This document shows positions 39,317 through 51,026 of a DNA stretch of 64,000 bases, piece by piece. The position numbers were made by a program, and so were the translations under genes. Source of the stretch: Rhizodiscina lignyota (Eukaryota); NCBI GenBank assembly GCA_010015805.1, contig ML978136.1, positions 558,001 to 622,000 of the forward strand, written 5' to 3'. The notes under the pieces were generated by a model. The model saw only the letters and a program-made list of their open reading frames with translations, was not told the DNA's origin and made no database searches. How positions within the stretch are numbered: the stretch's first letter is position 1; each line of letters starts with the position of its first letter.

Positions 39317-39679
39317 ATGGCGTCCACTCAGGGCCAACGCATCGAAGCAAACTGCAAAACTATCTGGGGCAATGACTGCGAATATGACCTCGACATCGAA
39401 ACCGACGACTATGTTAACTATACATGCCATGTGAAAAAGGACTTTGGGACTTCGTTTGGACCGCCATTGGCGATAACTAGTCTCTGTTATTCAAGCGAGG
39501 CTGCTTGTGCAGAATTAGACAAGATGCTAGAATTGTGGGCGAACCAGGTCAAGCGCGGAACACCAATGACGAGGGATGAATCGTTAGAAATTTTTGGCGG
39601 ATCGAAGGGGGAGCACAAGAATCTTTTGAGTAAGGTTATGGATGCGTTCGAGAAGAACGAGGGTGAAAAGCTGGTATAA
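39317..39679 (+). CDS. Hypothetical protein, 120 aa
   Basis: Intact ORF MASTQGQRIEANCKTIWGNDCEYDLDIETDD... with globular-protein-like composition; no family recognised. Confidence 0.6.
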   Translation: MASTQGQRIEANCKTIWGNDCEYDLDIETDDYVNYTCHVKKDFGTSFGPPLAITSLCYSSEAACAELDKMLELWANQVKRGTPMTRDESLEIFGGSKGEHKNLLSKVMDAFEKNEGEKLV

Positions 39680-39894
39680 GGATTTGAAAGGAATCTGTCT
39701 AGGATGGAGTGCTGTGCTACTAGCTGATAAGCTGGGAGATATCCTCTCGAAAAGGTGCCCCGTCTAAGCGGCCTACTAGCTTATCTCTGCCAGCGAGGAT
39801 CCAGGGATAGAAAAGAGAAGTGAGCGTTGCTAAAGTTGCTAAGGATGGGACTGAAGCACAGAATCTGGAAATCACTCTGATGACTCTATACATT

Positions 39895-40848
39895 TCATGG
39901 ATAGTTTCTTACGCAATCTAGGCAAATGCTTGCTTCCCTCTTCAAAGTTTCCAGAATTCTAGGAAGCCTTTTGTCATAGCTTTCAGGATCGTGATGATAG
40001 CTAATATAGCTCTCAGGATGGTATTTCCCTTCTATACGTTCGCCTGCAACTTGTCCAATCTTTTCAATGACCTCCGATATAGGAACTTCAAGAATCTTTA
40101 AGGGTCCAAAGTCCTTTCGAAGTGATGCATATTTGTCGGAGCGGTTTTTGCCCCAACCACACGAGCAAGCGGCATCTTCTCCCCTGATTAGCAATTGAGC
40201 TACTTCCGCCCGCTTCTAATAGGTCTGGATAAGTTAGTCATTCTTGCTACTAATTCATCAGAGCTATGACATACGGAATGCTTTCAGAGGTACAATTTTA
40301 CTAGTAAACTCGTCATTCAAGAATTCCAAGTAAGACCCGTTGTAATTAAGGACAAGCGAGAGAGTGTGCGCCATGAATGTGCCGACATCACTAGACAGGA
40401 ATGCCGCTGCCATAAGATATCCCATGTCTACCCTTTCTACATCGATTCTGGGCTTTAGCCCCTGCATATTGGCGAACCTAAGGGCAACGTTAAGATCGTA
40501 TTTATCCGCCACAATAGCGACTTGGAGAACTGCTTTTGGTGTCAAGAATTGCGGCACATCGTCGTTACGATGATGAATAACTCGGCAGATTGTTCGTAAC
40601 GCTTCAGCGTCATCTTCTAGTAGTAAAACTTCCGATGGAGATTTATAGGAAATTCCTTCACCTTCCATCCATTGGGGTCCGAACATGGCACCGAAAACTT
40701 TGGATGCACACCGAAGGCATTGGGAATGAACTCTTAGCCGTACGTGCTGAGGACCGACCACTAAGATAACATCGCCATCTAGAGAAATGTTTATGACCAG
40801 ATTTGAATTGTCGTAAGGCTTCGCGGTGTCTGTGTTTTTGGCTAACAT
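39895..40848 (-). pseudogene. BTB/POZ-domain gene, apparently frameshifted after its intron
   Basis: BTB signature DGDVILVVG..LRVHSQCLRCASKVFGAMFGPQWMEG...LLEDDAEAL..IC.VIH...VADKYD. The C-terminal ICLDCV region (ORF 39895-40194) is out of frame with the acceptors found near the branch site of the intron starting at ~40274. Confidence 0.6.
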
Positions 40849-41044
40849 GGTCGATGCGTCGTTTGTGAATCATGACTATGTCAAGGTAGTTCAACTTCAG
40901 CGCGATCGACGTGCAGCTGACCTCCGGGCCGACCAGGAAGGCATCGCTTAGTCGTCCGACTATCGAGTCATCTTGCCAAGCGCGGCACCAGAAAATTCCA
41001 GCCACGCAACCATGTGAAAAAGCTTGGGTTCTTTCGTAACTCCG

Positions 41045-41250
41045 CGCTATTTTATAGCAAGTCTTTTATACTATTACTTTGCTCTTATTTTTAATAGCTT
41101 CTATCTCTTTTTTTTATAGCCTTTTTATATTTATAGGTATATTCTATAGCTTAGTAATATTAGAATAGCTTTTAATATTTTTACTTACTAGTATTTAGAA
41201 CTATTTTACTATATTTTATCTTTAAATATCTAGATAAGCGGAACGTTATT
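41045..41250. mobile_element. AT-rich RIP-like relic
   Basis: Abrupt ~200-bp block almost devoid of CpA/TpG and very rich in TpA, ending in ...AACGT|TA. Confidence 0.55.
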
Positions 41251-41448
41251 TAATTTGTTATAGCCTATGTCATTTCGTATTTCGTCGCCTGATTATTGCC
41301 ATTGATTCGCCTCTCCAATTTTCTGATTAGCTCTTAATTGTGACCTGCAACGCAGGTAACAAAATACCTGCGCCCGATTAATTGAACAGCTGTAGTAAGA
41401 TCAACTTTTGCTATTTAGAACGAGCGAGAACATCTCTAAAGGCTGAGT

Positions 41449-43323
41449 TAAATATGCACTAATGGACCGCCCTATGCAGCGAGAAGCCCTGTGCAGCGAG
41501 AAAATCGATAGGTACTTTGTCCTTAGAGCAATCTCGACTTCGCATATATACCTATTCGCACTTACTTTTGCGTACGTCCTGTGGTTGGGCCGTTTTCCAG
41601 GAACCCTGACATCTCTCGACCGAAAATTACGTTGGCATCGCCGTCTTGTCGCCTGGTTTGCGGAGAGCTTCCTTCTAGTAGCATCACGAGACACATCCAC
41701 TACAGATCCACTATGGACCTCTCATCACTCCTAATAGTCATAGTTTGGCAGTTTCCGAGCCTAGACGACGATTATATTCCAACTCCGCGGATGCTTGCTG
41801 TGAAGACTGGAATTCAGATTGGACCAAATGCATAAATTTGACACCAAAAGTTTGTCAATTTTCTGTTCTCGCCTTCTCGATTCTAGCACGCTCGTTCTCG
41901 ATCGTCGTACTTTCAATATATATTACCCCTTCTCTTACCTCTTACCGCCCCTGTCAATAATTCTTCATGCTTATTATTAAATGGATTCGGCGGCATCGTA
42001 GTTGTCCCACTTCCTGCCCTCAAACAAAGTTGCTTCCCTAACTCGTTCTGCTCACAGAGCACCCGCTGAAACTCTTCTGATCGTTGAAGACTTGATAATC
42101 TTAATGCTGCTAGCCAGAATATGTGATCGCGCATAGGATCGTCTCTGGGATATTGGCATTCAGTAATATCGCGGCATGCAACGGTAAGTAATCTGCAAAG
42201 CTCTCCGGTCTCGAGTGAGTACGCTTGAATTTTGTCGATAAACACTCGAAGGATTGCATCTTGAAAAGTTTGGGCAGCAAGGCGCTCTCCCATTGCATAC
42301 AGCTCCGAGAGGTGTATGAAATCAGAGCCGTTGTTGCAGGCTGGCTTCCAGCCTGGGATATAGAGGAAGTCGGCGAAATGGGAGAAGATATCGGGCGATT
42401 CATCAAGATTAATCTTCAATGATTTTGCTTCCTGAAAACCGCCGGCTAGACCTTTCTCAAATCTTTGTGATGCCTGACAAAGGAGGGAAGAGTGGAGATG
42501 ATATGTCTTCTCTTCTCCAACTTCGATCGCAACGATGCGGGAAGTGAGATAGCTGCTAAGAATTAGAGATTCGGCAAATGAGATGCGCAGCGATTGAGAT
42601 TCTCACTCAGAGTAAATGGGATTATGAGTTTTCCTTTCGCTGACTTGTAATGGAGCAGCAATTAGGCTGTCAAACAGAGCCAGCATTGCGCCAGCCTCGT
42701 CGCTAGTATGGACAACAGCCAGGTTGGGTGAAGCTTTCTCCATGTCGTGTGGTGTAGATTGAATGGCATTTTCAGTATCGTTCGCTTCATCTTGTTCCAT
42801 GGTGGCTTTTGTGCTAAACCTAAAGAAAAGCTGACTGTGAAGCCTAAAGGCTGGAGTTGAGATGCGGTGTAGATTTGCGGGCAAGAGCTAGGTATCTACA
42901 TGACGCAATGAATGAAACACAGAGCTTTGACGCCTGAACGGGCTGACTTGCGGGCTTCTCCCACGACACACGACATCCATCCGGCCCGCTGTGGGATTTT
43001 ACGTTGACTCTGCCAAACGAAACTAGCCCGCAAGAGTCTCTAGAACCTTCTATAGTACGCCACAGTACTGCGCTCGAACCTCTGCAAGCCATTCAGCGCT
43101 AATACGAAAGCATGATAGTGTACTATATAATACATATAATACACAGTCAGCTAAATTTTGCCGATATTGAGTAGTATTCTGTGGAGAAATTGGTCAGAAA
43201 TAGTGCTATATTAAGTAGGATTCCACAAACTCATATGGAAGAGACTTGAGGTACCCGATCTGTGAGCCCATCTCGTTGCATAGGGCTTCTCGTTGCGCAG
43301 GGCGGTCCGTTAGGGCGTATTTA
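41449..43323. repeat. 53-bp imperfect inverted repeat pair (41449-41501 and 43271-43323)
   Basis: taaatatgcactaatggaccgccctatgcagcgagaagccctgtgcagcgaga versus the reverse complement of the right copy, taaatacgccctaacggaccgccctgcgcaacgagaagccctatgcaacgaga: 45/53 identical. Confidence 0.85.
41913..42800 (-). CDS. BTB/POZ-domain protein, 2 exons
   Basis: After an intron at ~42553-42607: YLTSRIVAIEVGEEKTYHLHSSLLCQASQRFEKGLAGGFQEAKSLKINLDESPDIFSHFADFLY...LYAMGERL, the typical fungal BTB pattern. Confidence 0.78.
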
Positions 43324-43493
43324 TCGAAAACACGCAGATTCAGTGTGTACAACTTTGTATTAGCTAATGACGATATACATCTCGCGGTTCGACATATTGC
43401 AGCTACGACTCGACTATTTTGTCTCCCGCTTGCCTGTCCATTCCATAACCGGCTACCGAGCCCAGTCCCTTCAGGCGCAGACTTGTGCAGGTG

Positions 43494-44273
43494 CTATTGT
43501 CCTGCAATCGGCAGTACCATCTGCGTCTCCGTGACTTGCTTCTTTCTGACGTACCGGATCGTTTCACGAACTCTGCGACCACCTTCGACGAATGAATACT
43601 TTGCGTTGATGCGATGGTACCCGTTGAGCCGAGGGAGAAGATCCAGACCTTTGCGCGCATTTTCGTTCATGCTGATCTGGTGGACGATATGAAGGAGTGT
43701 GTGGCCGTTACATGACTGCGTGAGAGTAGCACAATCAGCCGTACTTCTCAATATCTCCAGTATGGTGCTTACGGCCGAGTCAAGAAGGATTCGGGGAGAA
43801 ATGAGCCCAAAGATGAAGTTAGCCTTTTCAATACGGAGGTCGAGATAGACAGTGAACGGTGTTGGTTTGGAGCCGTCCACTACGAATGCCGACATAAGTG
43901 TCAGGTGCCGAATATTGGTTGTGAGCTCGTTGGTTCTGATAGCAGCCCAGCGAGCACTAGGTAGGAATTCAATTCCATCCAAATCTTTCGAGAGGATCAT
44001 CAAAGAGAAGATTCGCTGACTGAAGGACAGGCAAAGGCTCTCCTGTCGACAGAGTTTATTCACACGCGTGATCGCCTCATGCTTTAGGGTATCGCGATGT
44101 CGGCTAGGTCCCTCAAGGCATACCGTGCTTCGCCCGGTTACGAGCTTGTAAATCATAGTACGAATTTCTAGGGGCAAGTCTAGAAACCTGAAAGGTTGTG
44201 AAGGTTGTGCGACTGAGGTTGAGAGAGTCGACACCTCCGAGCTTGAGCGTCGGCCTGCCATCTGAGGCCTCAT
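43494..44273 (-). CDS. F-box-like/2EXR-like fungal protein
   Basis: QPFRFLDLPLEIRTMIY and AITRVNKLCRQESL. Likely start is MRPQMAG at 44273. Confidence 0.68.
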   Translation of the reverse strand: MRPQMAGRRSSSEVSTLSTSVAQPSQPFRFLDLPLEIRTMIYKLVTGRSTVCLEGPSRHRDTLKHEAITRVNKLCRQESLCLSFSQRIFSLMILSKDLDGIEFLPSARWAAIRTNELTTNIRHLTLMSAFVVDGSKPTPFTVYLDLRIEKANFIFGLISPRILLDSAVSTILEILRSTADCATLTQSCNGHTLLHIVHQISMNENARKGLDLLPRLNGYHRINAKYSFVEGGRRVRETIRYVRKKQVTETQMVLPIAGQ

Positions 44274-44858
44274 GGTTGCTGTGTTGAAAGAGAATTCTAG
44301 ATTGACTTTCAAGCTTGGTTCTTGATATGGTAATAATGTGTGAAGTGTGCTTGATCCGTGGTAGCTGAAATAGCGAGAACATGTGAGGTGACGAAGTGTG
44401 AATTGCATTGTCAGTGTTGGAAAAAGTGAGCTTAAATTGAACAAGTGAAAAACTAAACACAAACAAAGACAATCCATATAGACCGTAGTTGTGGTAATGT
44501 ATTGATAACAACGATACATAAGTTTTTGCTGAATGGAGAAAGATGCGCTCGGGCAGCCGGAGCGTACCTAATGAACGTATTACGCATTACCAATATCTGT
44601 CTCATGACAATAAGATGTCGATTGCCGAATAACACATTATCCTAACCACCAACAAGGCGTGACACCGCCTTCAGTGTTTCATTCTGATATCGAACTGACA
44701 ATCCATGAAGCTCATGAAATCCCACATTCTTCATTGGTATGAGGGTTCGATATTCCGTGCTTGACTAATGGATGTGTGGCGTATAGTGGCGATTTAGAAA
44801 GCGTCAAGAAAATCCCACCGCCGGGTTCTCACATCCCGTTCATCCTCTTTGAGGGCTC

Positions 44859-45089
44859 TTAAAAGGATTTGTCGTCCCCAGGAAGAATGCGATTCGGGGG
44901 AACCTCGCCACCACTGGAAGGTGACACGTGGATTCCGCGGTGCGGAGGTATCTCACCTCCCGACGAAGGAGAAACATGAATTGTGTCCGGGACGACGACG
45001 CCGCCCGAAGCTGGGGAAACGCGGATTGGCGTTGCGGCGGAGAGGGCCGCGAAGACCGTGACGGCAATGGGGAGGACGGAGAAACGCAT
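44859..45089 (-). CDS. Small secreted protein with three I[RH]VSP[AS]SGG repeats, 76 aa
   Basis: Signal peptide MRFSVLPIAVTVFAALSAA followed by tandem 15-16-aa repeats. Confidence 0.7.
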   Translation of the reverse strand: MRFSVLPIAVTVFAALSAATPIRVSPASGGVVVPDTIHVSPSSGGEIPPHRGIHVSPSSGGEVPPNRILPGDDKSF

Positions 45090-45716
45090 AGTGAGAAAGA
45101 TGAAGGGAACAAAGGAACAAAGGAACAAAGAAATTAAGAATTAAGAAATTAGAGGGGAAGAAATGCGATGGTATTGATTACTGAGGACTTTTTGGGGACT
45201 CTGAAGTTTGTAAGAGAGAGAACTGGTAAACGGGAGTCGTGCGTTATTTTATAAGATCTTACGTCTCCACATGATACCAAATCTGCGAAATAAGACGGAA
45301 AGTTGGGCCATTGTTTGTATGGCTCATTGGACAACGTGGAGACGTGATCTTCTAGAAACTCTGTAAGAGACGAAAATAGGGTGAGCACAAGGGTCGATGT
45401 TGTGGTGACTAGGGCTTCGCGGCGGGAGAAAGTGCCTCATTTAGCAAAGGGTTGTGGCGCAGGGAAAGGCCTGCCGACTGCGAATCCCCTCAGCACTAGG
45501 AGCCCATGTCACGTGAGATGTCCCTTGAAGCGGTTGCAGATACTTGCCATATTATTAAGCCAGTTGACGGTGAGAGCTTTGACAAATGGTGTCTTTTCAT
45601 CTCCATCATTTCTCAATAACTAGACGCTGTTCCTTCTGTGTGCGATCGACAAAGCTGAAAGCGGACCTCATTCAATCTCCTCTTTGGGAATGTCATACAT
45701 CTCGTATTAGGTCATC

Positions 45717-48085
45717 ATGTTCACGACCTTTTCTGGCATCCCCCCTGATGAATCTTTGCCCCAGAACAGTGACTTGTCCGGCAGCGGCGCAAAAGATTCG
45801 CCGCGACTAAAACGACAGCAGGTTGCAAGAGCCTGCGACTGGTGTCGAGCGCACCGTATCAAATGTGATGCCAGTTATCCTTGCCGGAATTGCAGGAGTA
45901 AGGGCCGCGAATGTAGCACGACCGGCTCGCATGAGGTCCGGACTTACTCCCTTGCGATTAAGTTAGTAACCAGTCCGATCGTTCTCATAATTATATTAAC
46001 TCATACGCTATCAGGGAGATTGAAAGACTAAAGAACCGGGTCGAGGAGTTGGAGCATCAAATTGATGGCCATTGCTGCACTATCAAGCACAGTCGACCGG
46101 GCGTGTCACTGCCTGCAAATCTCGATCCTCTCAAAGAGCATGGCGGAAACAGAAGATACTGGGAGTGCATTTACACCAAAAGTGCTCACTCCCAGTCTAT
46201 CCAATGCTATGGCCCTTCATCTGCGTTTTATTTCATTGGACGATTCAGCGCGTACTTGAGCAGACTGCTTATGCAGCCGCAATCCGACGAATTAACGCAA
46301 CTCCTCTCGGCAAGCAAGGTCTTCGCAAAATCGTTGGGAGTGGGTGTCAATAGGGCCGGTGATGGCCGACTAACTGAAGACGGATTTAGACAGGGAAGCA
46401 ATATGACCAGGGCGGAAGAAGAATACTTCTTGAGTCTCTTTTGGTCCTCGTATCATTGCATCTATCCGATCCTCGATGAACATGAATTTAAAGGCCACTA
46501 CGCATCCCTGTGGCAACCTTCGGGGCATTTCCGGAAACCTTCAGCCCTGGTTGACATTGTTCTGGCCGTCTGCATGCAGTATGGGACTGCCCTTATTCCT
46601 CCTGGAACTTCCAATGCGGCTGAGCATTGCAGAGGTGGAGGTCGCGATGCGATGACTGCGGGTCGGAATCTCTACCGGAGGTGCCAGGCTTTATTGACAG
46701 AAGAGTGGGAAGGCCCCTCTGTTGCTACTCTGCAATGCCATCTTTTCTCTGTCATCTATCTCTCAAATGCTTCTTTCCCGAATGCCGCACATAATGCCCT
46801 GGCTTTAGCCATAAGGACTGGGATTATTCTAGGATTCCATCTGGAACCTCCGGAGAGCCTTCCCAGAGCTGAGAAGGCTTTTAGAAAGCGTCTCTGGTGG
46901 TCGGTATATGTTTTGGAAATGAAGGCGGCCATGGAGCTCGGACGGCCTCTGGCTGTGAACATCTCCCAGGTTACATGCGGGATCCCACTGGTCGATGAGC
47001 CGGAAAGGGGTCTGAATCCAACATCTCAGATGTCTTCTGAGTACTTGAATTGCCTTGATACGAATTCCCAATTCGTCAAGCTGATGTTAGCCACTCGCAG
47101 CGTCTACGTCATGTTCTACAACAAGTCCGCCGACGTTTTGGGCAAAAATGGTCAGGATAGCTTGTATGAGGACCCACAAGCTCTCGAGAAGATGGCCGAG
47201 TTTCTGTCGTCGAAAATGGAGTACCTCCGCACGTGGTCTCGCGAAGTTCCCGAATCGTTGAAAATGCAGAGAAGGGACGCTGGAGACGCGTTCTCGACAG
47301 CCGGGTCAACGCTCGATCTCTGCCCATTTGTTCCATTCCAGCTCCAGCGTCAGCGCCTTTTTTTGGAGCTTCAATACCATAGCGTAGCTATGTACCTTCA
47401 CCGGCCCTTTATCTGTTGCGGTCAGACGCGAGGAAAGGACGCTCCGCTGATTGATGAAAATGCAAGTACCTGTACAAAGCATGCGATAGTCATTACCAAC
47501 ATGATTCATCAAGTTCTCAGCGAGACGGATCTTCTGAATGGCTGGAATGAGACCTTCCAATGGCAGTGGCAGGCCGCCCTTACCATGATTGGTTATGTCA
47601 TGGCCTTTCCTTTGGCACCTTCAACACCTTTGGCCCGTGAAAATCTTGATACTGCAATAGCAGTGTTCGATCATCTGTCCAGCAGATTTGTCATTGCAAT
47701 TAGCGCTGCTAATGTCACACGGGACCTCTGTGCGAGATCCGACTTTCTCATTGAGCGCTTCGCGGGCTTGAGCAGTGAAGAGTTGGAGGTAATTAATAGC
47801 GGTGGGTCCTTTGAAGCCGTGGGCATGGCCAATAAGACTCTGGCGGAAAATACACCATCGTTTGAATTTCCGAGTTCGTCTGAACCTGAACCGTCGAGGT
47901 TCAGATTCGACTGTTTTGCCAGTCTCGAATCCATTTGCACTGGTGGTACCAACATATCGGATACCTGGTCTTATGGTGTCATGGAAGATACCTCGCTGGA
48001 GCTTTTGATGGGAGACACATGGCTTTCCACGGAACTGTCAGTTTCAGATATCCAAGAACCGATTCCAAGCTTTATGCCTCCTTGA
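45717..48085 (+). CDS. Zn(II)2Cys6 transcription factor with fungal-specific TF domain, 2 exons
   Basis: ACDWCRAHRIKCDASYPCRNCRSKGREC, coiled coil IERLKNRVEELE, and AIRTGIILGFH...RKRLWWSVYVLE...LGRP. Confidence 0.92.
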
Positions 48086-48388
48086 GCTACTTTCCGTGTG
48101 GCGGGCTTAGTTTCAGTTCCTCAAGTCGATTCGAAGTACAGTCAAAGAGAAATGCATTCTCGTTAACACCCGGAGTGCTTGTCGCAACCAAGTGTTACAT
48201 CATCGGCCTAACACTGAAGTGGAGCACGCTCCGGCTCCGGCAGGAGTATATATATCACCGATTCCATGAAAAAAATTTCTCGCCCTTTCCAAACATCCTT
48301 GCCTTCTAAGAGGAGTACACATAACATCGCACAAAAACTCCTGCTCTTCTTTTCAAGACACAAATACCTTCCGAGACAGATCCCAACA

Positions 48389-49230
48389 ATGGCAAATTTA
48401 CTGAGTCTGCCAGCGGAAATGCGCCTGGAGATCATCAGATATGTTGTCGGTCCAGGTTTTGCGCGCGTTGGTCACGTACCGAATCGGTGAGCACCTCTTT
48501 TCCTTTGTTGATGGGTCTAAGGGCAAAAAGAATTGCGAATGCTTTCATATTTCTTCATATGCAAGCGCGCCAACTTGAATAGAATAAGTTTTATGTATAC
48601 AGTCTCCCAAACATCGCGCGCGTCTGCAGGCAGCTTCGCAATGAAACACTTCAAGATCTCTACCTCCACTGGATTCCCCACTTACACCTGGTCCGGGGTT
48701 TCTACGCCGCCAACACTATCCTCTCGAACTGGAACGCCTGGCAGGCTAATACCGCTCCGCATCTCCTGTCGCGGCTCAAGAGGGTCTTTGTCACCCTTGT
48801 AGCTCATGGCCAGGAGCAATACAACTTCGAGTTGAGGCTCTACTCTGCCAGCCTGCACGTCCGCCTGAGCTCACACTCAAGCATCGCTCCAGCAAGCTGG
48901 GGCGCTCTCGCACCCGGGTTTGTAGCGGCGGCGGCGGCACCAGCCAACAGCTGGGATGGCAATACGCTTATTGCGTTAGCGAACGCTGTCATCGCCGCGC
49001 GAGGCGCAATGAGAGCGAGCCCCATAGCGCCGCCTAACCGTGGCGCAAGAGGCGGCAGCTCGATCAACCTAACGTTTCAAGGGGACCAGGCGAGCGGAGG
49101 AGTACGCGTTCGAGCACGCGTGAGGGGTGGACATCTGAGCGCGATGGAGGAGGCGGAGGAGGTGCTGGGCACCCCGCAAGGCCAGGCTGTGCCGTTCATG
49201 GACATCATCAGGCGTGCGGCTGGGCATTGA
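48389..49230 (+). CDS. F-box-like hypothetical protein, 2 exons
   Basis: MANLLSLPAEMRLEIIRYVV. An intron at ~48488-48603 joins LPNIARVCRQLRNETL, in frame with ORF 48832-49230. Confidence 0.65.
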
Positions 49231-49462
49231 CGGCTTGTGGGCTTCGGGCATGGTGGAAGGTGCTGCGTCGAGGCGGGGAAGTACAGGTCGCTCAAGTTTC
49301 TATCTTCGGATTCGGCTGCTCGTGGAGGATTTTGAATTAATCGAATGCATCGCTATAATGCATGTACACACTGGCTTCTCTGTGTTTTGAGGACTTAGAT
49401 GGATAGGTTGCGTTGATATTGAACTGAATCAAGCATTGTACTGCTTTCTCGGCGTCAACTAT

Positions 49463-51026
49463 TTAGTAGTATTTGCCTGATGTGAATTGCATAGTCCACA
49501 GCGCCTGACCTGGCAACTCGAACTTGACCGAGCCCTGATTCACATGTGGCAACACGTTCACCTCCGTCCAGTCATCGTTCGGTGTAGTCTTCACAATTCT
49601 TTCGAGCCTTGATTGCTTTGTTGGCAATTCCAGCTGCAAGTCATACGACCTCGTCTGGTTGTTCATGAACAAAACACTCCACTCTCCACTGTTCGCTGAC
49701 TGCGTTGCAAAGGCATTCACTCCACTCGGCAATTGATCCTGTGGAACATCTAGTCTTCTCGAACCTGGGCGATGGAAGTAGCTAAAGTGCTTCAGCATGA
49801 AGGCACGCTTCGTCAGATAGAGCTTGTAGTCCCTAGTTTTGTTATAATTCCCATCGATATACACGAGGCCAGAGTTGTATCCTGCTGTTTCGTTGATGGC
49901 AGTTGCACACGCAGGATTCACTGTTGGCGAACAAGGAAGATTTGTTACGGCTGTCCACCAGTCGAAGGACTGCGCTTGCACAATGGTGAGGAATTGCCAG
50001 ACATATCGCGCGACAATGAGGGCGTTCGTCATCGTGGGATCGTACTGCGCACCGAAGACAGTGGAGCCGGAGCCAGCGTTCGTGGAGCAGCATGTTTCGG
50101 TGAACTTGACGGGCGGAGGACGGCCATGTGTCAGATTCAAGACCAACGCGCGATACTCGGCGAGAGATTGATCAGTCGGATAATCGTAGTTGTGCACAGC
50201 GATGTTGGATAGGTACTTTGTAGAAGAGGGAAGCCAGACAGGATATTCCGGGAATGCTTGAGTAGTTATCTGGCTGGTCTCATCGCCGATAATATCAACT
50301 TCGCTAGCCACTGGAGACGACTCCATTGCTGCCGCAATATCCTTGAAGACCAACGGTCTGAGTTCTGGACTCACAGCCATTCCTTCTTGGCCGCAGTCTG
50401 CTCGATTATTGTCCGGCTCGTTCATCGGAGAGATGTACCGCAGGTTGCCAATGCCATTGCTCTTCCAGTGCGCAAGCACCGTCTTAATGTACTGCGCGAA
50501 GCTTGGCGCTTTTGCTGCGGTCATGTTCCAGCCACAAGCAGCTCCATTGTCGGCAATGTGGGAGGGCGCGGCATTGACAAAGAACGTAATGTACGGCACC
50601 CCATAACTTTGCGCCATCTTCAGGAATTTGACACCGGCGTGATCTCGATTCCAGTCATATGTGCCGTTTCGGAGGAGGAAAGACTCAACGCGGGAACCGT
50701 TGGTCACGACTTGCTGCTCATCGTGGCCGCCGTCTCCACCCATGTTGTAGCGATAGGACGAGAGATACAATCCATCTTCTGAAAAGAGTAATTCACCAAG
50801 CTTTTTCTGGACCGACACTGGGAAGTGGATTAGATCATTCGGCCACCATGCGCCTGATGCGCCAAAGGATGTAATCAATTGCTTTGGGATAGGATCAATC
50901 TTGACTACGCAAAAACCGTCAGAGTATGCCAAACTTGCTTTTAAACTATCGAATACCTGTTGTAGCATCTGCTAGGAATGTGAAGCAGGCCAATGTTAGG
51001 ACAAACGAGAGCCGTACGGGAAACAT
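49463..51026 (-). CDS. Secreted GH30 glycoside hydrolase (endo-beta-1,6-galactanase-like), 2 exons
   Basis: Signal peptide exon MFPVRLSFVLTLACFTFLADATT, then FGASGAWW, GLYLSSYRYNMGG, catalytic-type ISPMNEPD and KFTETCC. Confidence 0.85.
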
